64,000 nt of DNA from Cryomorphaceae bacterium (GTDB lineage Bacteria > Bacteroidota > Bacteroidia > Flavobacteriales > Schleiferiaceae), in NCBI GenBank assembly GCA_038143125.1, contig JAYQLJ010000006.1:73557-137556 (forward strand). The letters are read 5' to 3'. Positions 52,901 to 63,024 of this stretch are shown in pieces; position 1 is the first letter of the stretch, and each line of letters opens with the position of its first letter. The notes below the pieces were generated by a model that saw nothing but the letters and a program-made list of their open reading frames with translations, made no database searches and had not been told where the DNA came from. The position numbers and the translations under genes were made by a program.

Positions 52901-54232
52901 TTATTGGCCGACTTTGGGAACGGGAACACCGCGTAATTCACAGAAATAATTCACTACTTCTCTATGATGAGGAACTTTGTCTTTGAAGTAATTCGCGATA
53001 TGGATTTTCTCCTCCGGTGTCGCTTCAAGCTGCGTTAAAATATTCATCAAGTGCATTTTCATATGACCTTTTTGAATACCCGTAGTTACTAAGGCACGTA
53101 ATGCAGCAAAATTCTGTGCGAGGCCACTGACGGCAACTATGCCCATTAATTCTTCAGCATCGGGATTTCCGAGCATTTCCAGACTTTTAACCACTAGAGG
53201 GATGCAGCTTTGTCAATCCTCCAACAACGCCAAGCGATAATGGGATTTCTATCCAAAAAGTAAATACGCCGTCCTCCACGTTACAGCCGGTAAGGCTTTT
53301 GTAACTGCCTGAACGCGAGGCATGGGTGTGACAGGCGGCTTCTACCGCACGGAAGTCATTTCCTGTTGCAATTATCACCCCATCGATACCGTTCATGATG
53401 CCTTTGTTGTGAGTGGTCGCTCTATAGGGTTCAGCATTAGCGATTGCGATTGCGCGCTCGAATTTTCGGGCGAATTCCGCTGCGCTTACTCCTTCGCTGG
53501 CCAATTCTTCTACTGGACAACTTACACTTGCACGAACGATACAGCGGGGAGTGTAGTTACTTAGAATACGCATCACTACTTCAAGTGAGTTAACATCTAA
53601 GCGGTCATGGCTTGCTACAAAATTTTCAAGACACTTCGCCATCTCCTCTAGGTTGGAGTTGATGAAGTTTGCCCCCATGGAATCACAGGTTTCGAAAGTG
53701 ACTTCTAGTTGGTAATACGCTTCGAGACGATCGGTAGCATCAATAAATTTGATTGATGTGATACCGCCACCCGCGCCTCCATATTTGCAGTGAGCTCTGC
53801 AGTTGCTCGACGCAATTCTTGTTCAAGTGAACTAAAATCTTCTTTTAAAGCACTGGCATCGCCCGTATACATGAAATGTACATGACCAATTTTTTCCGTA
53901 CCCAATACCTCGGTTTTGAAACCGCCACGGGCCATCCAAAATGCAGCGCTTTTTGCCGCCGCCGCAACCACTGAACTTTCTTCAATGGCCATAGGAATCG
54001 TGTAAAGTTTGCCGTTGATTTTGAAATTTGGCGCGACACCATATGGCATGTAATAATTGCTCATGGTGTTTTCAATGAATTCGTCGTGACGCTTCTGAAG
54101 TGCCTCGTCTTCATGCCAATACGTGGTTAAGACAGATCGTGCGGCATCCGCATCTTCAAAATTATTGTTGACGAGCCATTCAAGTTTGGCGGCTTTGCTC
54201 AGTTTTGAGAATCCTTTAATGGGATCTTTCAT
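52901..54232 (-). CDS. class II hydroxymethylglutaryl-CoA reductase, two frame breaks
   Basis: 53705-54232, 53187-53678 and 52901-53194 chain into one HMGR (MAIEESSVVAAAAKSA, DSMGANFINS, ATTHNKGIMNGIDGVIIATGNDFRAVEA, GVVGGLTKLHP, GLAQNFAALRALVTTGIQKGHMKMH). Confidence 0.85.
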
Positions 54233-54295
54233 GGTGGTGTAATTATGATGTCAAAGATAACCCTACTGCGCGTAAGAATGTTCAAAGTGAGCAGG

Positions 54296-55011
54296 TTAGT
54301 TCCCTAAAGGCACTTCAATCAGTAAGATTCTTGATTCCGGGGCAGTGGCTTTTAATGAAATGGTATCGGTGTCCCAAATTCCAAGGGCATCGCGGCGGCC
54401 CAATTGGTGCTCGCCCAACTCAAATCCACCTTCCAGTACAAACGCATAAAGACCATTGTTATCCGATTTCCACTGGTATTGCGCCCCTTCTGAATCATCA
54501 AAGCGGCCCATGTGGAACCACGCATTTTGATGTATCCACACTCCAGCATCATCAGCAGAAGGGCTGAGCACTTGGTGCAGAACATTCTTCTGATCAAAAT
54601 CTGGAAGTTGCTGCTGATCGTAACGCGGCGTAACATCACGTTCATTTGGAATCACCCAGATCTGAGAAACTTTACTTCCTTGTCCTTATTGGGATTGAAT
54701 TCACTGTGGGTAACACCAGATCCTGCGCTCATTACTTGAATTTCGCCCTCCTTGATGGTCTTCTCATTTCCCATAGAGTCGCGATGTCTTAAATCACCAC
54801 TGAGAGGAATAGAGATGATCTCCATATTGTCGTGCGGATGTGTCCCAAAACCCATACCAGGTGCCACGGTATCATCGTTAAGTACGCGCAACAAACCGAA
54901 GTTCATTTTTTGGGCGTTGAAGTAATTCGCGAAGCTAAAACTGTGGTGGCTGTTCAACCAGCCGTGATTTGCATGACCTCTTGAATCGTGAGGATGAAAA
55001 ATGGTTTTCAT
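54296..55011 (-). CDS. pirin family protein, one frame break
   Basis: 54652-55011 (HGWLNSHHSFSFANYF, GFGTHPHDNMEIISIPLSG) and 54296-54655 are in different frames. Confidence 0.8.
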
Positions 55012-55084
55012 AGTTTCTTTTGAAAAGATGTTATAACAACCATATAAACTAGAAATTGTTCATTTTCACGATTCATCATGTTCC

Positions 55085-55324
55085 TTAGAGGGAGTTTTTT
55101 TGAATTTCGATATCGATCGCCTTCTGAAGATTAGCCAATTCACGAGAATATTCAGTTAAAGCCTTTAGGCGACGTTCGATCTCATCAGAATTGATGCGAT
55201 TGCTTTCTTCTGAAACTCTATTGATGTGTTCCATGACGTTCTTCACTTCAAAACGCATGCGATTCACCAGTCTGAATTCATCTTTCTTTAAAGGGTGCAT
55301 AGTTGTAGCAGCTTTACCCGTCAA
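55085..55324 (-). CDS. hypothetical small coiled-coil protein
   Basis: 79-aa ORF (possible internal start MHPLKK at 55300); heptad-like charged sequence; no family recognised. Confidence 0.35.
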   Translation of the reverse strand: MTGKAATTMHPLKKDEFRLVNRMRFEVKNVMEHINRVSEESNRINSDEIERRLKALTEYSRELANLQKAIDIEIQKNSL

Positions 55325-55509
55325 AATTCCGAAGTTTACGCCTATTCCTCATCAGCGGTCAACTAATTTTGTTAACAACGCGGATTGTTGGGGTTCTATT
55401 CAAGCGGATGTGACAATCCAAAGTTTATTACCTTTTGCCCATGAACGGTAGGGTACGGTCGATTGGCTTTGCACATCATTCAGTACATCAATACACCTAA
55501 AAATTTGAT

Positions 55510-56761
55510 ATGAAAAAAATCATGTTTACCCTGCTAATGGCAGCCTCTGTTGCGGCCTCTGCGCAAGCCTTCCCATTCGATTTCGAATCTACAACCGCCG
55601 GAATGGTAGGTTATGACGGGGCAACCTTTACCATAGTCTCGAATCCAAGTTCGGTAGGTAATTCTAGCGCTAATGTCGCTAAGATTGTGAAAGTAAATGC
55701 AGCCGATTTGTGGGCAGGAGGAAAGATTACATCAGTGTCTTCACTGAACTTTACTAGCGCTGCATCGAGCGTATTGTCTATGAAAGTGTACACGACTCAA
55801 CCCGTGGGTACCGTTATAAAGGTAAAATTAGAGACTCCTTATACCAGCGAGGTAGATGCAGTGACCACGGTATCTGGCGCCTGGGAAACGCTCACGTTTG
55901 ACTTTGGAATTCCGGCGCCTTCAGGGAGTGTGGACTTAGTCATTATGCCCCAGCCGTTTACACCAGGTGGGGGAAATACCTTCTACATTGACGACATTGA
56001 GCAGGTAGCTGGTATCATTGCTACACCGAGAGTGGGATTACCCGTAACTTTTGAATCGGGTACCACTGCACGTCATTTCTTTGATTTTGAAAGCGCTATT
56101 ATGACAAGCGTGCCTAATCCTGACGTAGATGCAGATAATGGAAGTGCAAACGTCGGTAAGATTGTGCGTTACTTAGGTGCTCCGTATGGAGGAAGTAAAA
56201 TCACCTTCGCAAACAACCTCGATTTTGTAAATCATCCGGTTATAACGATGAAAGTTTGGACGTCCGCGCCTATTGGTACGAACGTAACTTTGAAAGCTGA
56301 GAAACCTTTTTGGGGTGAAGAGCGTAGTGTTCAAACCACGAAAACCGAAGAGTGGGAAACGCTATCCTTCGATTTTACAAATGCACCGACTGATATGCCT
56401 ACGCTGGCTTTGTTGTTCGACTTTATTGCGGGTAGCTCGAACATTGGCGATGGATCGTCAACGTCTACCTTCTATTTTGACGATATAAAGTATGCGAATG
56501 TGGCTATAGGGAATTGAGGACGAATCGAAAAATGGGATGTCTATTTATCCCAACCCAACAGCAGATCACTGGGTAGTCAGCTACCCTTCGGTTGATTCGT
56601 ATACAATACAACTTTATGATTTAAACGGTCAGCAGCTGTATCATGCGTTAAGTAGTGGCCAAACGCATGCAATAGATGCATCTCATTACGCAGCGGGAGT
56701 TTATCTTGCTAAGATTCAATCTGGTAGTAACGAGCAAACCGTGCGTTTGATCAAGTACTAG
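55510..56761 (+). CDS. secreted protein with two tandem CBM-like beta-sandwich modules and a type A T9SS C-terminal domain; one frame break
   Basis: 55510-56517 (signal peptide; two about 150-aa repeats each with FDFES...NVAKIV/NVGKIV...WETLTFDF/WETLSFDF...FYIDDI/FYFDDI) and 56537-56761 (IYPNPTADHWVV...AGVYLAKIQS...VRLIKY); removing one A at 56512-56513 restores AIGIEDESKNGMSIYPNP. Confidence 0.7.
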
Positions 56762-56784
56762 GCATTTAATTGAGAAACTAAGTT

Positions 56785-56823
56785 CCAAAGTGGTAACCAA
56801 ATTTCCGTTGGTTACCACTTTGG
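56785..56823. repeat. perfect 16-bp inverted repeat (hairpin) with 7-nt loop
   Basis: CCAAAGTGGTAACCAA-ATTTCCG-TTGGTTACCACTTTGG; no T-run directly after it. Confidence 0.7.
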
Positions 56824-56826
56824 TGC

Positions 56827-56863
56827 AAAAAGGCCGGGGTAGTTCGCTATCTCGGCCTTTTTT
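56827..56863 (+). terminator. intrinsic terminator after the T9SS cargo gene
   Basis: AAAAAGGCCG...CGGCCTTTTTT hairpin with a T6 run. Confidence 0.65.
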
Positions 56864-56925
56864 GTAGCTCCTGCACAATGTGTTGCGAGGTCTAATAAGC
56901 CTACTGTTTTCGCGTGTTTGGGTAT

Positions 56926-56958
56926 AAAAAAAGCCCCTCAGTCAAACTGAAGGGCTTT
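56926..56958 (-). terminator. intrinsic terminator downstream of tRNA-Phe
   Basis: Minus strand reads AAAGCCCTTCAG-TTTGA-CTGAGGGGCTTTTTTT. Confidence 0.7.
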
Positions 56959-56962
56959 CGGG

Positions 56963-57038
56963 TGGTGGTGATGGACGGAATCGAACCGCCGACACAAGGA
57001 TTTTCAATCCTTTGCTCTACCAACTGAGCTACATCACC
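56963..57038 (-). tRNA. tRNA-Phe (anticodon GAA), CCA encoded
   Basis: Minus strand GGTGATGTAGCTCAGTTGGTAGAGCAAAGGATTGAAAATCCTTGTGTCGGCGGTTCGATTCCGTCCATCACCACCA; 7-bp acceptor stem, AAGGA/TCCTT anticodon stem, loop TTGAAAA, GGTTCGATTCC T-arm. Confidence 0.9.
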
Positions 57039-57048
57039 TGCCGGGCGG

Positions 57049-57056
57049 CAAATATA
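57049..57056 (-). promoter_or_regulatory. candidate -7 promoter box TATATTTG for tRNA-Phe
   Basis: Exact TAnnTTTG match on the minus strand ending 11 nt upstream of the mature tRNA 5' end. Confidence 0.5.
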
Positions 57057-57150
57057 CACCTACAATTCAAATGTGAAAGCACATTCAGCGAAAAATTAGA
57101 ATCTCACATAGAATTGCCAATAGATGAAGGATTTAACGACCTTTGAGTTC

Positions 57151-57867
57151 ATGTTAATTACTATAGACATAGGGAATACCCGCATTAAAATGGGGTTGTT
57201 TCAAGGAAGGGACCTCCTTAAACAAGAGGCTTTTGATATCGATGCGTTGGCGCAGGCGCAAAGCCTTTACAAGACGTGGGACACTGCTGGTGTTCGTTCC
57301 ATAGGTATTGCCAGTGGGGCGGTAGATGTGAATTGGTCCAGAAGTATTCACTGGCTATCTATAAACGCTCCATGGCCATTAGAGGTCGCTTATAAGACTC
57401 CTGATTCTCTAGGTTTAGATCGATTACTTTTTGCATCGGCCCACTGGTTAGAGCACCGTCAAGATCTTATTACGGTCGTAGCGGGAAGCTGTATTACTTA
57501 TAATATTGTTAAAAATGATGCCTTTATTGGCGGCGCAATTTCTCCAGGATGGGCCATGCGTTACAAGGCAATGCATGCATTTACAGCAGCGCTGCCACAC
57601 CTTGTTAAAACTAGTGAAACTCATGTAGTAGGGGCCTCAACGGAAGAAAGTATGTGGGCAGGAGTGGATACTGCTTTACCCATAGAAATTGATGGGATGA
57701 TTCGTTCGATTCAAAAAGAAACAGGCATAAATCTTGTAATCATTTGCGGTGGAGATGCAAAGGCCTTGTCAAACCACCTAAAAAGCTACATATTTGCACC
57801 CTCGAATTACGAACTATATGCCCTGCAGCGCATTGATGAATATTTTCAAAGTCAATCAGTTAAATAA
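57151..57867 (+). CDS. coaX: type III pantothenate kinase
   Basis: Start MLITIDIGNTRIKMGLF at 57151 (track start 57124 is in frame upstream); GLDRL and IICGGDA motifs. Confidence 0.85.
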   Translation: MLITIDIGNTRIKMGLFQGRDLLKQEAFDIDALAQAQSLYKTWDTAGVRSIGIASGAVDVNWSRSIHWLSINAPWPLEVAYKTPDSLGLDRLLFASAHWLEHRQDLITVVAGSCITYNIVKNDAFIGGAISPGWAMRYKAMHAFTAALPHLVKTSETHVVGASTEESMWAGVDTALPIEIDGMIRSIQKETGINLVIICGGDAKALSNHLKSYIFAPSNYELYALQRIDEYFQSQSVK

Positions 57868-59217
57868 ATCCGTTGGCACCGTAGTGCTAACGTTGATTAT
57901 GCTGTTTTTGGGGGCGCCTGTATCCGCTCAAACCAACTCAGTAAGCCCACTTAGTATTAACGGTATGGGTGAGACGACCTTCGGAATTACTCCTTCCTAC
58001 CTTGGAATGGGGGTACCGGCATCGGCTATGTCGATCGCTATACCATTAATGTTTTTAATCCTGCGGGTTACGCAAATTTGGAATACTCCACACTCGAGAT
58101 GAGTGGAGCTCACCGAACTTTTCGTCATCAGGTGATTAGTGAATCTATCGATCAAGATAACTACAACACGTACTTCGACTACTTTGGCTTTGGATTTAAG
58201 TTTGCGGATTGGATCGGTGGAGCATTCTCGTTAAGCCCTTATGCGGCAAAAGGATACAATGTTAGTGTAGCAGATTCTTCGGACGATTTCGGAATTTACG
58301 AATACCGTTCTATCGGTTCTGGCGGTTACGACCAGTTCACCCTCGGGCTCGCTTTACAACCTGTTCCGTGGTTTAGCGTCGGAGGTAATGCACGCTATGT
58401 CTTTGGCGAAATGGAAACAAGCAATAAAACCATTTTAGCCAACAACCAATTCCTTTCCGTTAGCAAAACAAATAAAACAGGAATTAGCGACTTAACTTTC
58501 GACATCGGAACACAGTTGCAAGGAGATATTGATCGATTCCATTTTGTAGCTGGAGCAGTTTACGGTTTTGGAGGTTCTATGAATTCGCGTCAAATTTCAA
58601 CGCAGTATTCATTTATAAATAGTGGTATCGTAGAAACCCCGGTCGACACATTATTTTACAATCTGGCAGAAGAAGGCAGTATCATACTCCCAACCTCTTC
58701 GGGATTTGGGTTCGGTTTGAGTAGAACGGTCGAAAATGTACCCGTAAATGCTTGGGATTTGGTTGTGGACTACCGAAAAGTGAATTGGCAAGATTATAGA
58801 GACTTTACTCCATTAGGAGGAACGCCGTTGCAATCGGCTATTGCCGCTAGTGAAAGAGGGAGTGTAGGCCTAGTAATGGTGCCTGCCTATGTGATTCCAC
58901 AGCTTAGACGCAGCTCGAATTACTTTGCCATATCAAGATACCGGTTCGGGTATTCAAGAGAAAAAGGTCAATATTACTGGCAGGAGCCCACCACTGGTCC
59001 AACGTACGTTACGCAAGAGCTCAACTTAGGTTTAACGCTTCCTATTATTTATAGAAGTTTAGCTCCTGGTGAACAAAAGGCAAGCTTTTTGAATATTAGT
59101 TTAGGAAGGGGGACCCGTTGGAGCGGCGTCGAATCCGATTTAAAGGAAGATTATTGGAATTTGAACTTTGGGATAACACTCAACGACAAATGGTTCCAGA
59201 AATTTAGATATAGATAA
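57836..59217 (+). CDS. outer-membrane beta-barrel-like protein (hypothetical), one frame break
   Basis: 57794-58102 (signal peptide VVLTLIMLFLGAPVSAQ from ATG 57836) and 58078-59217 are in different frames; alternating aromatic/Gly beta-strand pattern; conserved position after coaX. Confidence 0.5.
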
Positions 59218-59229
59218 AATCAGATGATT

Positions 59230-60900
59230 ATGAAACGAATCCTATTTGTATTCGGTATTTTATTGATGAGCTTTTCTGCTCAAGCGCAGGAGTCGAAATG
59301 GGGGAATTCCATTGCCGATTCTGTTTCTTGTTTTCAGAACTATAACATCATGGGTTCTTACTACCAAAGTAAGGACTATGCAGAAGCCTATGATGCGTGG
59401 AAAGCATTGTATGAGACTTGTCCATCAGCGAATATTCGCATCTATACCTATGGTGATAACATCATAGAAGCAAAAATTAAAGAGACGAACGACGACGCTG
59501 CAAAGAATGTTTTGATTCAGGAGTTATTAGCACTGTATGATGCGTTTGCCCTGCACTTCCCTGAAGAAAAAGCAAATGCGATGTCCTCAAAAGCGTATCA
59601 TTTCTACAATTACTACAAGAAGGATGCGGACAGCATTTCCAAAGCGGTAATTATGTTCGACGAGGCGAAGGCGCTTTTAGGTGATACCATGTCAGTGGCC
59701 CATACAGACCGTTACTTCCAGGCAAACGTCAAGGAATTTAATAAAACGAAAGACGTTGATCGATTGTTTGAGGTATACAACTCAGTATTGGTTTCGCTGG
59801 AGTTCAACTTTAATACGTTCAATGTTGAAAACTACACGATTGAGCTCAAGGCAGATTCTGTTTTAGGATTCATTGCGTATGCTGATAGCATTCGCCCTAT
59901 GGCTGAAGCTGCAAAAGCGGCATACGACTTGGAATTGGCGGCGTACGATTCTACAAATGCATTCAACAACTCTTCGAAGAAGCGCATGAAGCAAGCAGCG
60001 AAACTTCCACCTTTAGTTAAGCCAGAAATGGATGCAGCTACACAGGCGTTGGTTAGTGTTTTGGAAAAAGCGGACGAACTAAAGACAAAGTATGAATTGG
60101 ATGAGCAAGGCCTAACTTCTGTGGACAAGCGTAAGATTTCGAACAATGAAATCCGTTTGAGAAACATTACTAAGGTTCAAAGCAACATTGAGAAAATTTT
60201 GAGTCCACTTTTGACTTGTGATAAACTTACGTTGATTTATAACGAGGAGGCTTTCGAACAGAACAAGGATAATATCGAGTGGTTGAAACGCGCGGGTAAC
60301 CTGTTACAGAAAGAACGTGTAGGCGATAACGGCGAAATGACTTCTTGTACAGATAATCCTGTATTTATCTCTATCGCAGAAACTTTGTACGAGATAGAGC
60401 CAAGCGCACAGGCGGCGTTGAACATGGCGAAATTAGGGGTTAATAAGAGCGATTGGGCTATGGCGAAGAAGTACTACACTGAAGCCATCGAGCAAGAAGA
60501 AGATTTACGTCGTAAGGCTAACAGCTACATGGGCTTGGCGTATGTCAATCAAAAAATGGGGGCACTTTCTGCGGCCAAGAGCAATTGTCTTAAAGCAGGT
60601 CAACTTCGCAAAGATTGGGGTAATCCATATTTGTATTTAGCGACCTTATACGCTGAAGCAGCAGGGACATGTGGTGCAAATGCAGTTGAGAAAAACGCAG
60701 TGTATTGGGCAGCAATCAACAAGTTGAGCTACGCAAGAAGTATTGATCCGAGCATTGCGAATAAAGCGGCGAAATTAATTTCTGCCTACACGCAACAAAT
60801 TCCAGATAAAGGAATTTCGTTCCAATTGGGCTACAAGGAAGGCGATAAAATCAACATCGGCTGTTGGATTAACGAAACAGTAAGCGTTAAATTCTACTAG
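59230..60900 (+). CDS. secreted helical-repeat (TPR-like) protein
   Basis: Intact ORF; signal peptide MKRILFVFGILLMSFSAQA; helical-repeat composition. Confidence 0.55.
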   Translation: MKRILFVFGILLMSFSAQAQESKWGNSIADSVSCFQNYNIMGSYYQSKDYAEAYDAWKALYETCPSANIRIYTYGDNIIEAKIKETNDDAAKNVLIQELLALYDAFALHFPEEKANAMSSKAYHFYNYYKKDADSISKAVIMFDEAKALLGDTMSVAHTDRYFQANVKEFNKTKDVDRLFEVYNSVLVSLEFNFNTFNVENYTIELKADSVLGFIAYADSIRPMAEAAKAAYDLELAAYDSTNAFNNSSKKRMKQAAKLPPLVKPEMDAATQALVSVLEKADELKTKYELDEQGLTSVDKRKISNNEIRLRNITKVQSNIEKILSPLLTCDKLTLIYNEEAFEQNKDNIEWLKRAGNLLQKERVGDNGEMTSCTDNPVFISIAETLYEIEPSAQAALNMAKLGVNKSDWAMAKKYYTEAIEQEEDLRRKANSYMGLAYVNQKMGALSAAKSNCLKAGQLRKDWGNPYLYLATLYAEAAGTCGANAVEKNAVYWAAINKLSYARSIDPSIANKAAKLISAYTQQIPDKGISFQLGYKEGDKINIGCWINETVSVKFY

Positions 60901-60924
60901 AGCATTTACGCTGTCATTTATATT

Positions 60925-60956
60925 TCCCCTAGACGAAAGTCTGGGGGATTTTTTTG
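60925..60956 (+). terminator. intrinsic terminator
   Basis: TCCCCTAGAC-GAAA-GTCTGGGGGATTTTTTT (GNRA-type loop, T7 run). Confidence 0.7.
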
Positions 60957-60981
60957 CGCTTTTTTACCGACCTTCGTTAGG

Positions 60982-61540
60982 ATGAAAGCTCTCTCTAAAG
61001 AACCCAAATCGCTTTTCATTTTGGCAGCGATTTTTTTTATGTCCTGCTCGAATGATTCAAAGGACGTGGCTGCAGTCAGTAAGATACCAGTGGTGTTTCC
61101 ATTGAATGAGCAGCACGGCGCGCACATCACCTATAGTGATAGCGGGCAGAAGGTTCTAGAAATTCGTGCAGGATTGTTGCAAGACTTTGGAAATATGGAT
61201 CCGGCATATGTTTTCTTTGGGGAAGGTATAACGGTGAATTTCTACAAGCGCGAATACAAAAACAGCAACGGTCTTAAAAGCGGATACGGCAAGACAGTTG
61301 AAGAAGGAGGATCTTTGGGGTATCGGTGGGAACGTTGAAGTAACGAATGGAAAAGGAGAGCGAATGACCACAGAATTATTATTCTGGGATAAAAAAGAAG
61401 AGCGTTTGTATAGCGATGCAAAGGTTCAGATCTTATCCGATGGGCAGCTCATCAGAGGTAAAGGCTTTGAAGCAGATCAATCTTTCAATACCTACCGCAT
61501 TTATAAGGTTCAAGGAGAAATAACAGTAGATGATGAATAA
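60982..61540 (+). CDS. lptC: LptC-like LPS export periplasmic protein, one frame break
   Basis: 60982-61338 (lipoprotein-like N-terminus ...FFMSCSND) and 61298-61540 are in different frames; assignment rests on size, pattern (LLFWDKKEERLYSD..V.I...G..I.G.GFEADQ) and synteny. Confidence 0.5.
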
Positions 61541-61710
61541 AGCATTACGATTTATAGAGATTTTGTGGCTCGGTGTAGCGGCGGTGAGCGCAGTGGAGAT
61601 CTATGTTAATTGGGGTACGAATTGGCAGAATACCATTAAAGTTTACACTTTTTCTAGGAGCAGGGATATTCATGTATTTCCTCCGCCGACGATCACGTCT
61701 TAAACAATAG
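61530..61710 (+). CDS. small 2-TM membrane protein (about 59 aa), one frame break
   Basis: ATG 61530 overlaps the lptC stop; MMNKALRFIEILWLGVAAVSAVEIYVNWGTNWQNTIKVYTF then, after adding one T to the run at 61649-61653, FLGAGIFMYFLRRRSRLKQ*. Confidence 0.4.
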
Positions 61711-61722
61711 AAGCAAGAAACA

Positions 61723-62975
61723 TTGGAATATCTTTTACCTATAGTATTTGCTGTATTCTTTTCTGCGCTGTTTTCAGGGCTGGAAATGGCGTATTTGAGC
61801 ATCAATAAGCTGCATGTTGAGCTTGAACGACAAAAAGGCGGTATTGCCTACAAGGCGTTGGGTTATTTAGTAGATCGACCTGCGGCATTTATTGCGGCCA
61901 TTCTAGTGGGAAATAATGTCGCATTGGTGCTCTATGGAAATTATATGCACCGTGTACTTACTCCTGTTTTTGAAGGATGGGGTGCCATGGAATACCTCAT
62001 TCTACTCTTAGAAACCTCCGTTTCAACGGTAGTTATTTTAGTATTTGCAGAATTTCTACCTAAAACGTTGTTTCGCCAAAATGCGGAGGGCTCATGCGCT
62101 GGTTGAGCTTGCCAGCATGGTTGTTGTTTTGGCTGTTGCGTTTGCCTAGCGCATTAATGCTTGGCGTAAGCCAGTTCTTCTTGAAGTATGTATTTCGAGT
62201 CGAAGTGCAAGAAGAAGAAAATGCCTTTGGTCGCATGGAGCTCGATCATTATGTTAGGGAACGTGTTCCAAGGACGTCAGAGGAAATGATGAAGTAGATC
62301 CGGAATTGGAAATCTTCAAAAATGCGCTCGAATTCCCTGAGACTAAGGCCAGGGGAATTTATGATTCCAAGAACTGAAATAGAAAGTGTGGAGGTTAATG
62401 AACTTCCCGAAAAGGTGCGGGCATTTTTCATAGAATCGGGATACAGTAAGTTGCTGGTTTACGAAGAAAATATCGATAAGATAATTGGTTATGTCCATGC
62501 ATTCGAGCTGTTTAAAAAGCCCGACCACCTAAAACGAGTGCTTCGGCCGGTTGCATTTATTCCAGAAAGCATGCGAGCAGATGAGATACTCAATCTCTTC
62601 ACGAGGGAGAAACGCAATATTGCGGTGGTCTTGGATGAACATGGGGGAACCAGTGGAATGATTACGCTCGAAGATGTAATAGAAGAAATCTTTGGGGAAA
62701 TCGAGGATGAACACGACACAGAAGAGTTGCTGGAGCGTCAAATAAAAGACGGTGAATGGCTCTTCTCAGCGCGTTTGGACATCTCAGATATCAATGAAAA
62801 ATGGGGACTTGAGCTTCCACAGAGCGAAAATTACAATACGCTTGGGGGCTATATTTTAGACCTCTTTCAGAGCCTTCCCGAGAAGGGAACAGTGGTTCGC
62901 AGTGAGCAATACTTATTCCTCGTACAAAAAACTAAGGCAAACAGGTTGGAAGAGGTGCTTGTAAAGGCCAATTAA
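61723..62975 (+). CDS. hemolysin/CNNM family protein (DUF21 + CBS pair + CorC_HlyC), two frame breaks
   Basis: 61723-62106, 62094-62297 and 62322-62975 are in different frames; a paralogue of GldE by architecture. Confidence 0.75.
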
Positions 62976-63024
62976 TTGGCGCCAATCCTTATATTCGCAG
63001 ACTCATTCATTTAATTGCAAGATA

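Noticed and set aside
52900-53221. My manual base counting disagreed by 1 nt with the ORF-track coordinates in this stretch (stop of the 52901 ORF, start at 53194, codons around 53218-53221)
   Set aside because: I could not resolve whether this is my counting error. I kept the track coordinates, and hand-derived positions nearby (e.g. the GHMP kinase start near 52897) should be taken as +/-1-3 nt.
61545-61805. 86-aa minus-strand ORF between lptC and the CNNM gene
   Set aside because: The translation looks non-protein-like (RRDRRRRK, no motifs). The plus strand carries a more plausible small membrane ORF and the start of the CNNM gene.
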